Made by a program: the position numbers and the translations under genes
Origin: Rhodobacterales bacterium
GTDB lineage: Bacteria; Pseudomonadota; Alphaproteobacteria; Rhodobacterales; Rhodobacteraceae
Direction of reading: 5' to 3'
DNA length: 24,595 nt
NCBI GenBank assembly: GCA_041741655.1
Contig: JBGSJU010000198.1
Location: forward strand, 1-24,595
Notes under the pieces: generated by a model
What the model saw: only the letters and a program-made list of their open reading frames with translations
Told to the model about the DNA's origin: nothing
Databases searched by the model: none
Part shown: positions 1-8,604 of the stretch, piece after piece
Layout of the letters: each line of letters starts with the position of its first letter
How positions within the stretch are numbered: position 1 is the stretch's first letter

Positions 1-1
1 C

Positions 2-799
2 CTGCGCACCATGCTGACACGCGCCGGTGCGCCGGTTGCCGTGACGGCGGTGATGCCCGACGCGGCGGTGGATCTGATCTGCGACGCAACCGGCCGGGCC
101 GGACCGCAACATGTGCCGGTCGCCGTTTTGGTGCCGGGGCAGGGCGGCGATATGGTGCTGGATCTGCACGGCTTGCCCGGCCTGCCGCCGCTGCTGGAAA
201 TCGGGTTACGGGACGGCATCCCGGACCGGTTGCCGCGGGCCTTGGCTTTTGGGCTGGGGGCCTGCCTGACCTTGCGCGCCGATATCGGCCCATCCCCCGG
301 CGCCCGGTTGCAGGGCGCGTTATGGCGCCGGGCGGATGATCTGGTGCTGCGTGGCGCCGTGCCGTGGGAAATCGACGAGGATCTGGAAAGCGCAGGTTTC
401 GTTCTTGGGCCCTATGCCGCGCAAGACCGCGAAGGGCTGGACCGCGCCCTGACCCTGCGCCGGGTGCTGGCCCCCGATGACCCCAATCCGATCCTGCCCC
501 GCGCCCATGCCGAAGGCCGGATCGGGCGCGCGCTGGGCTGGGGATGGTATCGCTATCCGGGCGGCGGCGGGCGGGTGATCGACCCGCTGATCGAGGATCT
601 GGCCCGCGAAGAGGCACGTTTCGCCCGGGTGCCACCCGAACCCCTGACCCGCCCTGCCGCCGTCTTGCGGTTGCTACAGGCCATCGCCACCGAACTGCAC
701 GCGCTGGCGCACGACGGCGTGCCACCGGGTGATCGGGCCTTGGCGGCCTGGTTGGCGCTGGGCTGGCCACAGGGTGTTGACCTGCCGGAAAACGCCTAG
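2..799 (+). CDS. 3-hydroxyacyl-CoA dehydrogenase (FadB/FadJ-like) family protein, 5'-truncated by the window, with degenerate motifs
   Basis: Frame is open back to base 2, so the true start is probably upstream. Motifs: LHGLPGLPPLLEI (~LHFFNP..LxEI), GAVPWEID..LESAGFVLGPYAAQDREGLD (~GFPMGPFxxxDxxGLD) and GRIGRALGWGWYRY (~GRLGRKTGxGxYxY). TAG at 797-799. Confidence 0.7.
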   Translation: MRTMLTRAGAPVAVTAVMPDAAVDLICDATGRAGPQHVPVAVLVPGQGGDMVLDLHGLPGLPPLLEIGLRDGIPDRLPRALAFGLGACLTLRADIGPSPGARLQGALWRRADDLVLRGAVPWEIDEDLESAGFVLGPYAAQDREGLDRALTLRRVLAPDDPNPILPRAHAEGRIGRALGWGWYRYPGGGGRVIDPLIEDLAREEARFARVPPEPLTRPAAVLRLLQAIATELHALAHDGVPPGDRALAAWLALGWPQGVDLPENA

Positions 800-821
800 C
801 CTTTTATCCGTTCCCCACGTG

Positions 822-841
822 CCCCGTTAAGCTCTGGGCAA
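822..841 (+). promoter_or_regulatory. Putative CtrA half-site or degenerate box upstream of motB (CCCCG-TTAA-N7-GCAA)
   Basis: TTAA at 827-830, ending 58 nt before the ATG at 889. The 10-mer CCCCGTTAAG (822-831) is identical to 1772-1781 upstream of flgE. Confidence 0.4.
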
Positions 842-888
842 CCTCTGTTCGCTAACCCTGAATGCGGGTGAGATTACAGGTGGTGGAG

Positions 889-1737
889 ATGGGCTCGCAA
901 AATGCTGCGGCGCCAGTCATCATCAAACGGAAGAAGGTTATCGCAGGCGGCGGGCACCACGGTGGGGCGTGGAAAGTGGCCTATGCGGACTTTGTGACGG
1001 CCATGATGGCCTTCTTCATGTTGATGTGGCTGTTGAACGCGACGACGGAAAAACAACGCAAGGGTCTGGCGGACTATTTCAGTCCGACCATCGCCGTGAA
1101 CCGGATTTCCGGTGGCGGCGAGGGCAGTTTCGGCGGTGAAACGGTGTTTTCCGAACAGGCCCTGCCGCAGACCGGCACCGGGGCGACCGCGCTGCGCCCG
1201 ACGGAATCGCGGCAGGCACGCGGCGATACCGGGTTGGCCGAGGCCGCATCGGCCAACCAGACCGCCGAGACCGAATCGCTGAAGCAGGTCGAGGAACTGC
1301 TGTCGGGCCGCGGCGCCGAAAGCGAAATGGATCATGCCCTGCGCAAACACGTCGTCATGCGTCTGACCGACGAGGGGCTGATCATCGAGTTCTTTGATCT
1401 GGAAGGTAGCCCGCTGTTTGATCCCCAGACATCTGCCCCGATGCCGGTGCTGGAAGCCCTGACCCAAAGTCTGGTCGAAGCCATGCGCATCGTGGCAAAT
1501 CCGGTTGCGGTCGAGGCACATGTGCAGTCGCAACCCATTGTCACAAAGCACAAAATTGTCTGGGACACATCGATGATGCGCGCACAGTCCATGCGCGCCC
1601 TGCTGGAACAACAGGGGCTTGATCCCGCGCGGCTGGCGCGTGTGACCAGCCATGCGGACCGGCAGAACGCATCGCCAAATCCCATGTCGCCGCGCAACAA
1701 CCGTCTGGAAATCGTCCTGCTGCGGCAGTCAGGCTAG
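889..1737 (+). CDS. motB: Flagellar stator protein MotB
   Basis: N-terminal IIKRKK..GGGHHGGAWKVAYADFVTAMMAFF motif with the conserved proton-binding Asp, then a TM helix and a degenerate OmpA-like C-terminal domain (..RA..M..LL..G..PARL..V..HAD..RNNRLEI). ATG 889 is preceded by a purine-rich GGTGGAG; ATG 862 is an alternative start. Confidence 0.95.
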   Translation: MGSQNAAAPVIIKRKKVIAGGGHHGGAWKVAYADFVTAMMAFFMLMWLLNATTEKQRKGLADYFSPTIAVNRISGGGEGSFGGETVFSEQALPQTGTGATALRPTESRQARGDTGLAEAASANQTAETESLKQVEELLSGRGAESEMDHALRKHVVMRLTDEGLIIEFFDLEGSPLFDPQTSAPMPVLEALTQSLVEAMRIVANPVAVEAHVQSQPIVTKHKIVWDTSMMRAQSMRALLEQQGLDPARLARVTSHADRQNASPNPMSPRNNRLEIVLLRQSG

Positions 1738-1765
1738 ACGGGGGAAAAGGCGGGAATTTTACAGA

Positions 1766-1780
1766 TTAGGCCCCCGTTAA
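1766..1780 (+). promoter_or_regulatory. Putative CtrA box upstream of flgE (TTAG-gcccccg-TTAA)
   Basis: One mismatch to TTAA-N7-TTAA; ends 60 nt before the flgE ATG at 1841. Confidence 0.65.
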
Positions 1781-1840
1781 GGCCTCGGGGGTAAGCCTTG
1801 CTGCAATGATCAGATCTTGGTTCAGCAGAAAGGCGTATCC

Positions 1841-3142
1841 ATGACGATTTCCTCCTCGCTCAACGCAGGGGTTTCCGGCCTATCCGCAAATGCCAGCCGC
1901 CTCGCGACCATTTCGGACAATATCGCCAACTCGGCGACCTATGGCTACAAGCGGATGGAGGCGGATTTTCACTCGATGGTGATTTCGTCCAAGGGCGGGA
2001 CCTATTCCGCCGGCGGGGTCCGCGTCACCACACAGCGGCTGATCGACGAACGCGGTCCATTGGTTGCCACGGCAAACGCGACCGATCTTGCGGTGCGGGG
2101 CCGCGGGTTCATCCCGGTCGCAAAGGCCACGGATGTCGATGTCGGCAATGGCGCGGAGCAGATGTTCCTGACCACGACCGGATCGTTTCGCACCGATGCC
2201 GATGGCTATCTGCGGTCGGAATCGGATCTGATCCTGCTGGGTTGGCCGGCGCTGCCCGATGGCACCGTCCCGAGTTTTCCCCGCGATACATCCGCGGGCC
2301 TGCAACCGGTTCAGATCAATGTGAACCAGTTCACCGGCGAACCGACAACCAAACTGACCCTTGGGATCAACCTCCCGGCAACGGAAACCGCGGCCGGGTC
2401 TGATGGCACGATGCGGGACCTGTCCGTCGAATATTTCGACAATCTGGGCAAATCCGAAAGCCTGATCATCGAGTTTTCACCAACTGTTCCGGCCACTGGA
2501 TCGTCGAACGCCTGGACCATGGTCATCAAGGACACGGCCAGCCCGGGCACGACCATCGGGTCCTACCAGATGACCTTCGCGGACAGTCGCGCGTCTGGCG
2601 GCACGCTGGCCTCGGTCACCACGGTGTCCGGCGGCGCCTATGACCCTGCGACCGGCAAACTGATCGTCAACGTGGCGTCCGGCCCGATGGAAATCGATAT
2701 CGGCACGGTGGGTGAATCGGATGGCATCACGCAATTGTCCGACAGCTTTGCCCCGGTTTCGATCGCTAAGGATGGGTCGCCCGTCGGCAACATGACCTCG
2801 GTCGAGGTCGACGCGAACGGCTATGTGTTTGCCTTCTTCGACACCGGGATCACCCGCCGCATCTATCAGGTGCCGCTGGTCGACTTGCCGAACCCCAACG
2901 GCATGGTTGCCATGGATTTCCAGACCTACATGCCGTCTCCGGAAAGCGGCAGCTATTTTCTGTGGGACGCCGGTGATGGCCCGACCGGCGACATCGTCGC
3001 CTTTGCCCGCGAGGAATCGGCAACCGACGTCGCCGGCGAACTGACGGACATGATCCAGACCCAGCGCGCCTACACATCGAATGCCAAGGTGATCCAGACC
3101 GTGGACGAGATGTTGCAGGAAACCACGAACATCAAGCGTTGA
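1841..3142 (+). CDS. flgE: Flagellar hook protein FlgE
   Basis: N-terminus SLNAGVSGLSANASRLATISDNIANSATYGYK, TDLAVRGRGF, TTTGSFRTDADGYL, and C-terminus EESATDVAGELTDMIQTQRAYTSNAKVIQTVDEMLQ. RBS AGAAAGG before ATG 1841. Confidence 0.97.
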   Translation: MTISSSLNAGVSGLSANASRLATISDNIANSATYGYKRMEADFHSMVISSKGGTYSAGGVRVTTQRLIDERGPLVATANATDLAVRGRGFIPVAKATDVDVGNGAEQMFLTTTGSFRTDADGYLRSESDLILLGWPALPDGTVPSFPRDTSAGLQPVQINVNQFTGEPTTKLTLGINLPATETAAGSDGTMRDLSVEYFDNLGKSESLIIEFSPTVPATGSSNAWTMVIKDTASPGTTIGSYQMTFADSRASGGTLASVTTVSGGAYDPATGKLIVNVASGPMEIDIGTVGESDGITQLSDSFAPVSIAKDGSPVGNMTSVEVDANGYVFAFFDTGITRRIYQVPLVDLPNPNGMVAMDFQTYMPSPESGSYFLWDAGDGPTGDIVAFAREESATDVAGELTDMIQTQRAYTSNAKVIQTVDEMLQETTNIKR

Positions 3143-3163
3143 CCTTGAGCCGGGAGCCAAAGC

Positions 3164-4618
3164 ATGTCCATATCCGGTGCCTTGTCGAACGCCCTCTCCG
3201 GCCTGACGGTCGCGGCGCGGACCGCAGAACTGGTGTCCAGCAATGTCGCCAACGCCCTGACCGAAGGATATGGCCGTCGCGACATTGCGGTCTCGTCCCG
3301 CCTCGTCGGCAGCTCCGGTGGCGCCACGATTGACGGGACCACCCGCCACGTCGATCGCGGGCTGCTCAGTGATCGGCGTCAGGCTCAGGCAGGACAGGAA
3401 AACGCCCGTGTCACGGTGGATTTCCTGCAACGGGTTGAAAGTCTGGTCGGCACACCTGATGAGGAAAGCTCGCTTTCGGCACGGCTGGCCGCGTTCGAGG
3501 AGGCGCTTGTCACTGCGTCATCGCGCCCGGATTCGACGGAACGGTTGACCACGGTGTTCCACCGCGCCAGCGAGGTTGCGCAGGCGTTCAATGCCGCGGC
3601 AGACGGCATCCAGGCCATGCGCACCGAAGCTGACCGTGCCATCGCACAACAGGTCGAATTGCTGAACACATCGCTGGGTCAGGTCCGTGACCTGAACACC
3701 CGGATTTCCGCTGCGATCAACCAAGGCGCAGATACCACCGCCTTGCAGGATCACCGCCAGACGATCATCGACACCATTTCCGAAATTGTCCCGATCCGCG
3801 AGGTGGACCAGACCCGCGGTGCGGCCGCGCTGTTCACCGAAGGTGGCGCCATTCTTCTGGATGGCACCGCTAGCCAGATCGACTTCAGCCCGGTGAACCT
3901 GGTCATGCCGCACATGACCCAGCAAAACGGGCTCTTGGGCGGATTTACCTTCAATGGCGTTGCCTTGACGCCCGGCAATGCTGGCCGCTTGTTTGCCGGG
4001 GGAACCTTGGCGGCGCTTGTTGATCAGCGGGATCAATTCGCCGTCACCGCACAATCCGGTCTGGACGCCGTCGCCCGTGATCTGGTCGAAAGGTTTCAGG
4101 ACCCGGCCCTCGACCCGACCTTGGCGGCAACCGCGGCGGGCTTGTTCGCGGATGGCACCGCGCGTTTTCTGGCGAGTGAAGAAACCGGGCTGTCGATGCG
4201 TCTGGCCGTCAATGCAGCGGTTGATCCGTCGCGCGGCGGAGAGGTTTCGCGCCTGCGGGATGGCCTTGGTGCCACCACCCCGGGTCCGATGGGTGATGCA
4301 ACGCAACTCATACGCCTGTCCGACGCCCTCGCCTCATTGCGCACTCCTGCAAGCGGCAATTTCGGCGCGGGATCGCGCAGCGCGACCGATCTGGTGTCGG
4401 CCTTCCTGTCGCAGGTCGGCACCACACGCCAGGTGCAGGAACAGGCGCTCGGGTTCAATGCCGCGCGGTTCACGGAAACCCGTGCAGCCGAACTGGCCGA
4501 TGGCGTCGATACGGATCAGGAAATGCAACGCCTGATCCTCGTCGAACAGGCCTACTCCGCCAATGCGCGGATGATGCAGGTCATCGATGACCTGATGCAA
4601 ACCCTGCTGAGGATTTGA
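3164..4618 (+). CDS. flgK: Hook-associated protein FlgK (HAP1)
   Basis: ALSNALSGL....SSNVANALTEGYGRR at the N-terminus; DGVDTDQEMQRLILVEQAYSANARMMQVIDDL at the C-terminus; follows flgE. Confidence 0.95.
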   Translation: MSISGALSNALSGLTVAARTAELVSSNVANALTEGYGRRDIAVSSRLVGSSGGATIDGTTRHVDRGLLSDRRQAQAGQENARVTVDFLQRVESLVGTPDEESSLSARLAAFEEALVTASSRPDSTERLTTVFHRASEVAQAFNAAADGIQAMRTEADRAIAQQVELLNTSLGQVRDLNTRISAAINQGADTTALQDHRQTIIDTISEIVPIREVDQTRGAAALFTEGGAILLDGTASQIDFSPVNLVMPHMTQQNGLLGGFTFNGVALTPGNAGRLFAGGTLAALVDQRDQFAVTAQSGLDAVARDLVERFQDPALDPTLAATAAGLFADGTARFLASEETGLSMRLAVNAAVDPSRGGEVSRLRDGLGATTPGPMGDATQLIRLSDALASLRTPASGNFGAGSRSATDLVSAFLSQVGTTRQVQEQALGFNAARFTETRAAELADGVDTDQEMQRLILVEQAYSANARMMQVIDDLMQTLLRI

Positions 4619-4620
4619 CG

Positions 4621-5628
4621 ATGACCATGACCGCCATTGGCGACCTTGCGCGATCCTTTGTGTTGCGGAACCAGAACGCGGTTCTGAAGGGCGAACTCAA
4701 CACGCTGACCGCCGAAATCGGCAGCGGCCGAACCCAGAACGTCGCAAAGCACCTGGGCGGAGACTATTCGTATCTATCTGATATTGAACGTTCTTTGCGT
4801 GTCGTCCGCGGCTATGGCATCGCCGCGTCCGAAGCGACGCAGTTTACCGATGCGATGCAAACCGTGCTTGGGACCATTCAGGACACAACATCCGCGCTGT
4901 CCGCCGATCTGCTGGCAGCCGGGAGTGTCGCGTTACCAGCGGTGCGCGACAGCGTGGCACTCACGGCACAGGGCCGACTGGGCTCGATCGTGTCTGCGTT
5001 CAATACCAGCGTTGCAGGCCGCGGTCTATTTTCCGGCATTGCAACCGACCGTCCGGCCTTGGCATCTGCTGATACAATCCTCGCCCAACTGCGCCCCGTC
5101 ATCGCGGGTCTCACCGACCCCGCAGAATACCTGGCGGCGATCGATGCGTGGTTTGCGCCCGGCGCGGGGTTCGACACCGCCGGCTATCTGGGTGCAACGA
5201 CCAGCCTTGCACCCTTCAGGGTTGGGTCGGACAGCGCGGTTGACCTTGACCTGCGTGCGGACGACCCGCGCCTGCGCGCAGTTCTTGCGGATGTTTCGGC
5301 GGCGGCCTTGTCGACGGACCCGGTGTCCAGCCTTGATGATACGGACGTTGCGTCGGTGCAGCGCCGGCTTGGTGAACGCATTCGGACGACAAACGACGCC
5401 GTAACCGGGTTGCGGGCCGATCTTGGCTATGCCCAGTCGCGACTGGAAGAAGCGACAAGCCGCCTGTCAGCCGAACGCACAGCGCTTGACTACGCTCGTG
5501 GCAGCCTGCTGGGCGTGGATCCCTATGAAAGCGCGACCAGATTGGAAGAAACCGAATTCCGTCTGGAAAGCCTGTATGCCGTCACGGCGCGGCTGTCACG
5601 CTTGTCCCTGATGGATTATCTGCGATGA
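4621..5628 (+). CDS. flgL: Hook-associated protein FlgL (HAP3, flagellin family)
   Basis: Follows flgK. Has an FNTSVAGRGLFSG motif and the C-terminus GVDPYESATRLEETEFRLESLYAVTARLSRLSLMDYLR typical of FlgL. ATG 4621 preferred over TTG 4615. Confidence 0.88.
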   Translation: MTMTAIGDLARSFVLRNQNAVLKGELNTLTAEIGSGRTQNVAKHLGGDYSYLSDIERSLRVVRGYGIAASEATQFTDAMQTVLGTIQDTTSALSADLLAAGSVALPAVRDSVALTAQGRLGSIVSAFNTSVAGRGLFSGIATDRPALASADTILAQLRPVIAGLTDPAEYLAAIDAWFAPGAGFDTAGYLGATTSLAPFRVGSDSAVDLDLRADDPRLRAVLADVSAAALSTDPVSSLDDTDVASVQRRLGERIRTTNDAVTGLRADLGYAQSRLEEATSRLSAERTALDYARGSLLGVDPYESATRLEETEFRLESLYAVTARLSRLSLMDYLR

Positions 5629-6725
5629 CCCGGTTGTTGGGAATTGCCGTGGTGATGGCGCTTGCTGCCCCCGCCTTGGCCGGTCCGGTCCGGATCAAGG
5701 ACCTTGTCGAATTTGACGGTGTCCGGGGCAATGACCTGATCGGTTATGGCCTTGTGGTCGGGCTGAACGGAACCGGTGACGGGATCCGCAACGCGCCATT
5801 CACCGAAGAAATCATGGCAAATTTGCTCGAACGACTGGGCGTGAACGTCACGGGCGAACAGTTTCGGCCCAAGAACGTGGCGGCCGTGCTGGTGACGGCC
5901 GGGCTGCCACCGTTTGCCCGGTCCGGCTCGCGCATCGACGTGACTGTATCGGCGATCGGTGACGCAAAAAGCCTGCTTGGCGGGACATTGATCATGACCC
6001 CGATGAACGCCGCAGATGGCCAGATTTACGCAGTGGCCCAAGGCACCATCATCGCGGGTGGCGTCGTGGCCGAAGGCGAGGCCGGGAGTGTGACCCAAGG
6101 TGTCCCGACGGCGGGCGCAATTCCCGCTGGCGCCTATGTCGAACGCGAGGTGGATTTTGATCTTTCCAGCCTGTCCAGTATCCGTCTGGCCTTGCGCAAT
6201 CCGGATTTCACCACGGCAGAGCGGATCGAAGGTGCAATCAACGGTGTTTTTGGCCGATCCGTCGCGTTGATGCTCGATTCGGGCACCGTTCAAGTCGATA
6301 TCGCCGCAACGCGGCAACAGTCGCCCGCACACGCCCTCAGCCGGATCGAGAACATCTCGGTCGAACCGGAACGCAAGGCACGGGTCGTGATCGATCAGCG
6401 CTCTGGCACCATCGTGATGGGCGAAGATGTCCGCATTTCGCGTGTCGCAGTGTCACAGGGCAACCTGACGCTCCGGGTGTCCGAGACTCCTCTGGCCGTC
6501 CAGCCAAATCCGTTTGCAGCGGGAGAGACAGTCGTCGTGCCGCGAACCGAAGCCGCAATCGAGGAAGAAGCAGGCATCGGTCTGGCAGAGGTGCCGTCCG
6601 GCACCAGCCTGTCCGAGGTGGTTTCTGGCCTGAATGCACTTGGCGTTTCGCCGCGCGACATGATCGACATCCTGAAAAGCATCAAGGCAGCCGGCGCCCT
6701 GCATGCAGAATTCGTGGTGAACTGA
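5625..6725 (+). CDS. flgI: Flagellar P-ring protein FlgI
   Basis: Signal peptide, then RIKDLVEFDGVRGNDLIGYGLVVGLNGTGD, KNVAAVLVTA, GDAKSLLGGTL, PDFTTA, DMIDILKSIKAAGALHAE. ATGA overlap with flgL. Confidence 0.98.
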   Translation: MTRLLGIAVVMALAAPALAGPVRIKDLVEFDGVRGNDLIGYGLVVGLNGTGDGIRNAPFTEEIMANLLERLGVNVTGEQFRPKNVAAVLVTAGLPPFARSGSRIDVTVSAIGDAKSLLGGTLIMTPMNAADGQIYAVAQGTIIAGGVVAEGEAGSVTQGVPTAGAIPAGAYVEREVDFDLSSLSSIRLALRNPDFTTAERIEGAINGVFGRSVALMLDSGTVQVDIAATRQQSPAHALSRIENISVEPERKARVVIDQRSGTIVMGEDVRISRVAVSQGNLTLRVSETPLAVQPNPFAAGETVVVPRTEAAIEEEAGIGLAEVPSGTSLSEVVSGLNALGVSPRDMIDILKSIKAAGALHAEFVVN

Positions 6726-6984
6726 GACACAGGTCGGCTGGCGATTGCTGCGATCGGGCCAGCGATTGACGCCGATCGAGTTAGAGGGCGCATGTTGTAC
6801 AAATCGGAAATGTTGTGATCTGCCGCCCGTCCGCGAAACGGCGCCGACGCCTCGCCCAGGTCAACACTGTTTCCGTGCCTGCCCAAGGCAGGATCGCCGA
6901 GGACATCAAGGCCGGGTGAACTTACGATCGCGCGGCGTGGCGCCACGGCACCGGCAGGACTGACGTCGCACGGAGCAGGTCAAG

Positions 6985-7728
6985 TTATTGATAGCCGGTG
7001 ACAAGGGCACTCGCGACCAGAGACCAACCGTCTGCGACAACAAAGAATGCCAGCTTGAATGGCAGAGAGACAATCGCGGGGGGGACCATCATCATGCCCA
7101 TCGACATCAGAACTGCGGCTGTGACCAGATCGATGATGAGGAATGGCAGAAACAACAGGAACCCGACTTCGAAAGCGCGCGCGATTTCCGACAGCATGAA
7201 GCTGGGAATGAGGACGGACAAAGGCACGTCATCCATGGCCCCTGAAAAGTTGACATCGCGCAAGGCGGCGAGTGTCGCAAGCGTGTCCGGGTCAACGCGC
7301 GCGCCCATGAAAATGCGAAAGGGTTCCAGGGCGCGCAGAAATGCTGCGGTCATTTCCAGCTCTTCGTCCAGAAGCGGGCGAATACCGGCCTCCCACGACT
7401 GGGTGAAAACCGGATCCATGACGAAGTAGGTCAGGAACAGCGCCAACGAAACAATCAGCAGGTTGGGTGGCGATTGTTGCAGTCCGATCGCCTGCCGCAG
7501 AATTGACAGGACCGTGACGATGAACGGAAAGCAGGTGATGGTGATCGCCAGGCCGGGTGCCAGGCTGAGAACGGTCACAAGTGCGATCAGTTGCAACCCG
7601 TTGGCCGTCAGGGACCCCCCAGAGTCCAGCGACAGGGTCAGACCCTGAGCAATAGCCGGAGACGCAACCATCCCCAAAGCCAGCACCGCGGCAAGAACGG
7701 GTGCGATCACACGCCGGTATCTGCTCAT
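6985..7728 (-). CDS. fliP: Flagellar export gate protein FliP
   Basis: Signal-peptide-like N-terminus; LTVLSLAPGL, LRQAIGLQQSPPN, AFEVGFLLFLPFLIIDL, MGMMMVPP, SLPFKLAFFVVADGW. Confidence 0.97.
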   Translation of the reverse strand: MSRYRRVIAPVLAAVLALGMVASPAIAQGLTLSLDSGGSLTANGLQLIALVTVLSLAPGLAITITCFPFIVTVLSILRQAIGLQQSPPNLLIVSLALFLTYFVMDPVFTQSWEAGIRPLLDEELEMTAAFLRALEPFRIFMGARVDPDTLATLAALRDVNFSGAMDDVPLSVLIPSFMLSEIARAFEVGFLLFLPFLIIDLVTAAVLMSMGMMMVPPAIVSLPFKLAFFVVADGWSLVASALVTGYQ

Positions 7729-8018
7729 GTCAGGGTGTCGCGGATATCGGCAACTTCGATCAAGCGCACCGCTAACTGGCCCTTCTGCCCGCCCTCAAGC
7801 TCTTCCAGTTCGCCGCGCGCGATTAGGCGGTCACCGACATACAGTTCCACTGGATCATCGATACCCTTGTCCAGCGCAAGGACGGCATTGGCCCCAAACT
7901 GCATCAGGTCGCGGATCAATGGCCGGGCTTTGCCGACAGAAATGGTGATTTCGATCGGCACATTCGAAAACGGCCCGCCAAGATCGGGTTGTAGACGTTT
8001 CTGTTCGGTGTCAGCCAT
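7725..8018 (-). CDS. fliN: Flagellar motor switch protein FliN (SpoA domain)
   Basis: VPIEITISVGKAR...L..G..L.LDK.IDDPVELYVGDRLIARGEL. RBS AGGAAG before ATG 8018; overlaps the fliP start (ATGA). Confidence 0.88.
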   Translation of the reverse strand: MADTEQKRLQPDLGGPFSNVPIEITISVGKARPLIRDLMQFGANAVLALDKGIDDPVELYVGDRLIARGELEELEGGQKGQLAVRLIEVADIRDTLT

Positions 8019-8604
8019 ATCTTGCTTCCTTCGGTTCTGTTGCAAAGAACGCCGCAACGGCGTTGCGGATCTGGATCAGCAGGGCGTCAATGTTGATTTC
8101 CTGCTCGCGGTGACCGATCCGCAGGATCACCTGACCCTCCGCGAGGTCGGGATCGGATTGCAGCCGCAATGGCATCGGTGCCGGGTCCGGGATTGCGCGA
8201 CGAATGGCCTCCAGCGTGTCCGGGCGGGCCGAAATGATCGCTTCCTGTGGCTGATCGCGGGTCAATGCCGCCATCAGGGCTTCGCGGACCTGAAGACCGA
8301 TGCCTTGGCGCGCCAATTCCGGCAAGACGGTGTCCACAAGTTGGCTAAGGAAGGGCGCCAGCGCCTTCAGCATCGCGGCCTGCGCCTCGTGGAAGGTGAA
8401 AGCCATGTCCGACACAGAGGCCGCTAGCGTCATGTCGGCGCGCGTGCGGTCCTCGGTATAGGCCTTTGCGGCATCTGACCACCCGGCGGAATAGCCTTCC
8501 TCGAAAGCCTGCAGCCGCTGGTCTTCGCTCAAGGCAAGTTCCGAATCCCGCCGCGCCGCGCCAATCAGCGAAAAGTCCTCAAGAAGATGCGCAATGCGCG
8601 TCAT
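8011..8604 (-). CDS. fliH: FliH-like flagellar export protein
   Basis: Sits between fliF and fliN. Has an AFEEGYSAGWSDA (GxxxG) helix and a C-terminal L..DPDLAEGQVILRIG...EIN segment like FliH. Divergent. Confidence 0.7.
   Translation of the reverse strand: MTRIAHLLEDFSLIGAARRDSELALSEDQRLQAFEEGYSAGWSDAAKAYTEDRTRADMTLAASVSDMAFTFHEAQAAMLKALAPFLSQLVDTVLPELARQGIGLQVREALMAALTRDQPQEAIISARPDTLEAIRRAIPDPAPMPLRLQSDPDLAEGQVILRIGHREQEINIDALLIQIRNAVAAFFATEPKEARYG

Noticed and set aside
4621-5628. Possible flagellin (fliC)
   Set aside because: Position after flgK, the SLMDYLR C-terminus and the absence of flagellin N-terminal motifs indicate FlgL.
6745-6963. 72-aa ORF between flgI and fliP
   Set aside because: No clear RBS, Arg/Pro/Cys-rich random-like composition and no recognisable family.
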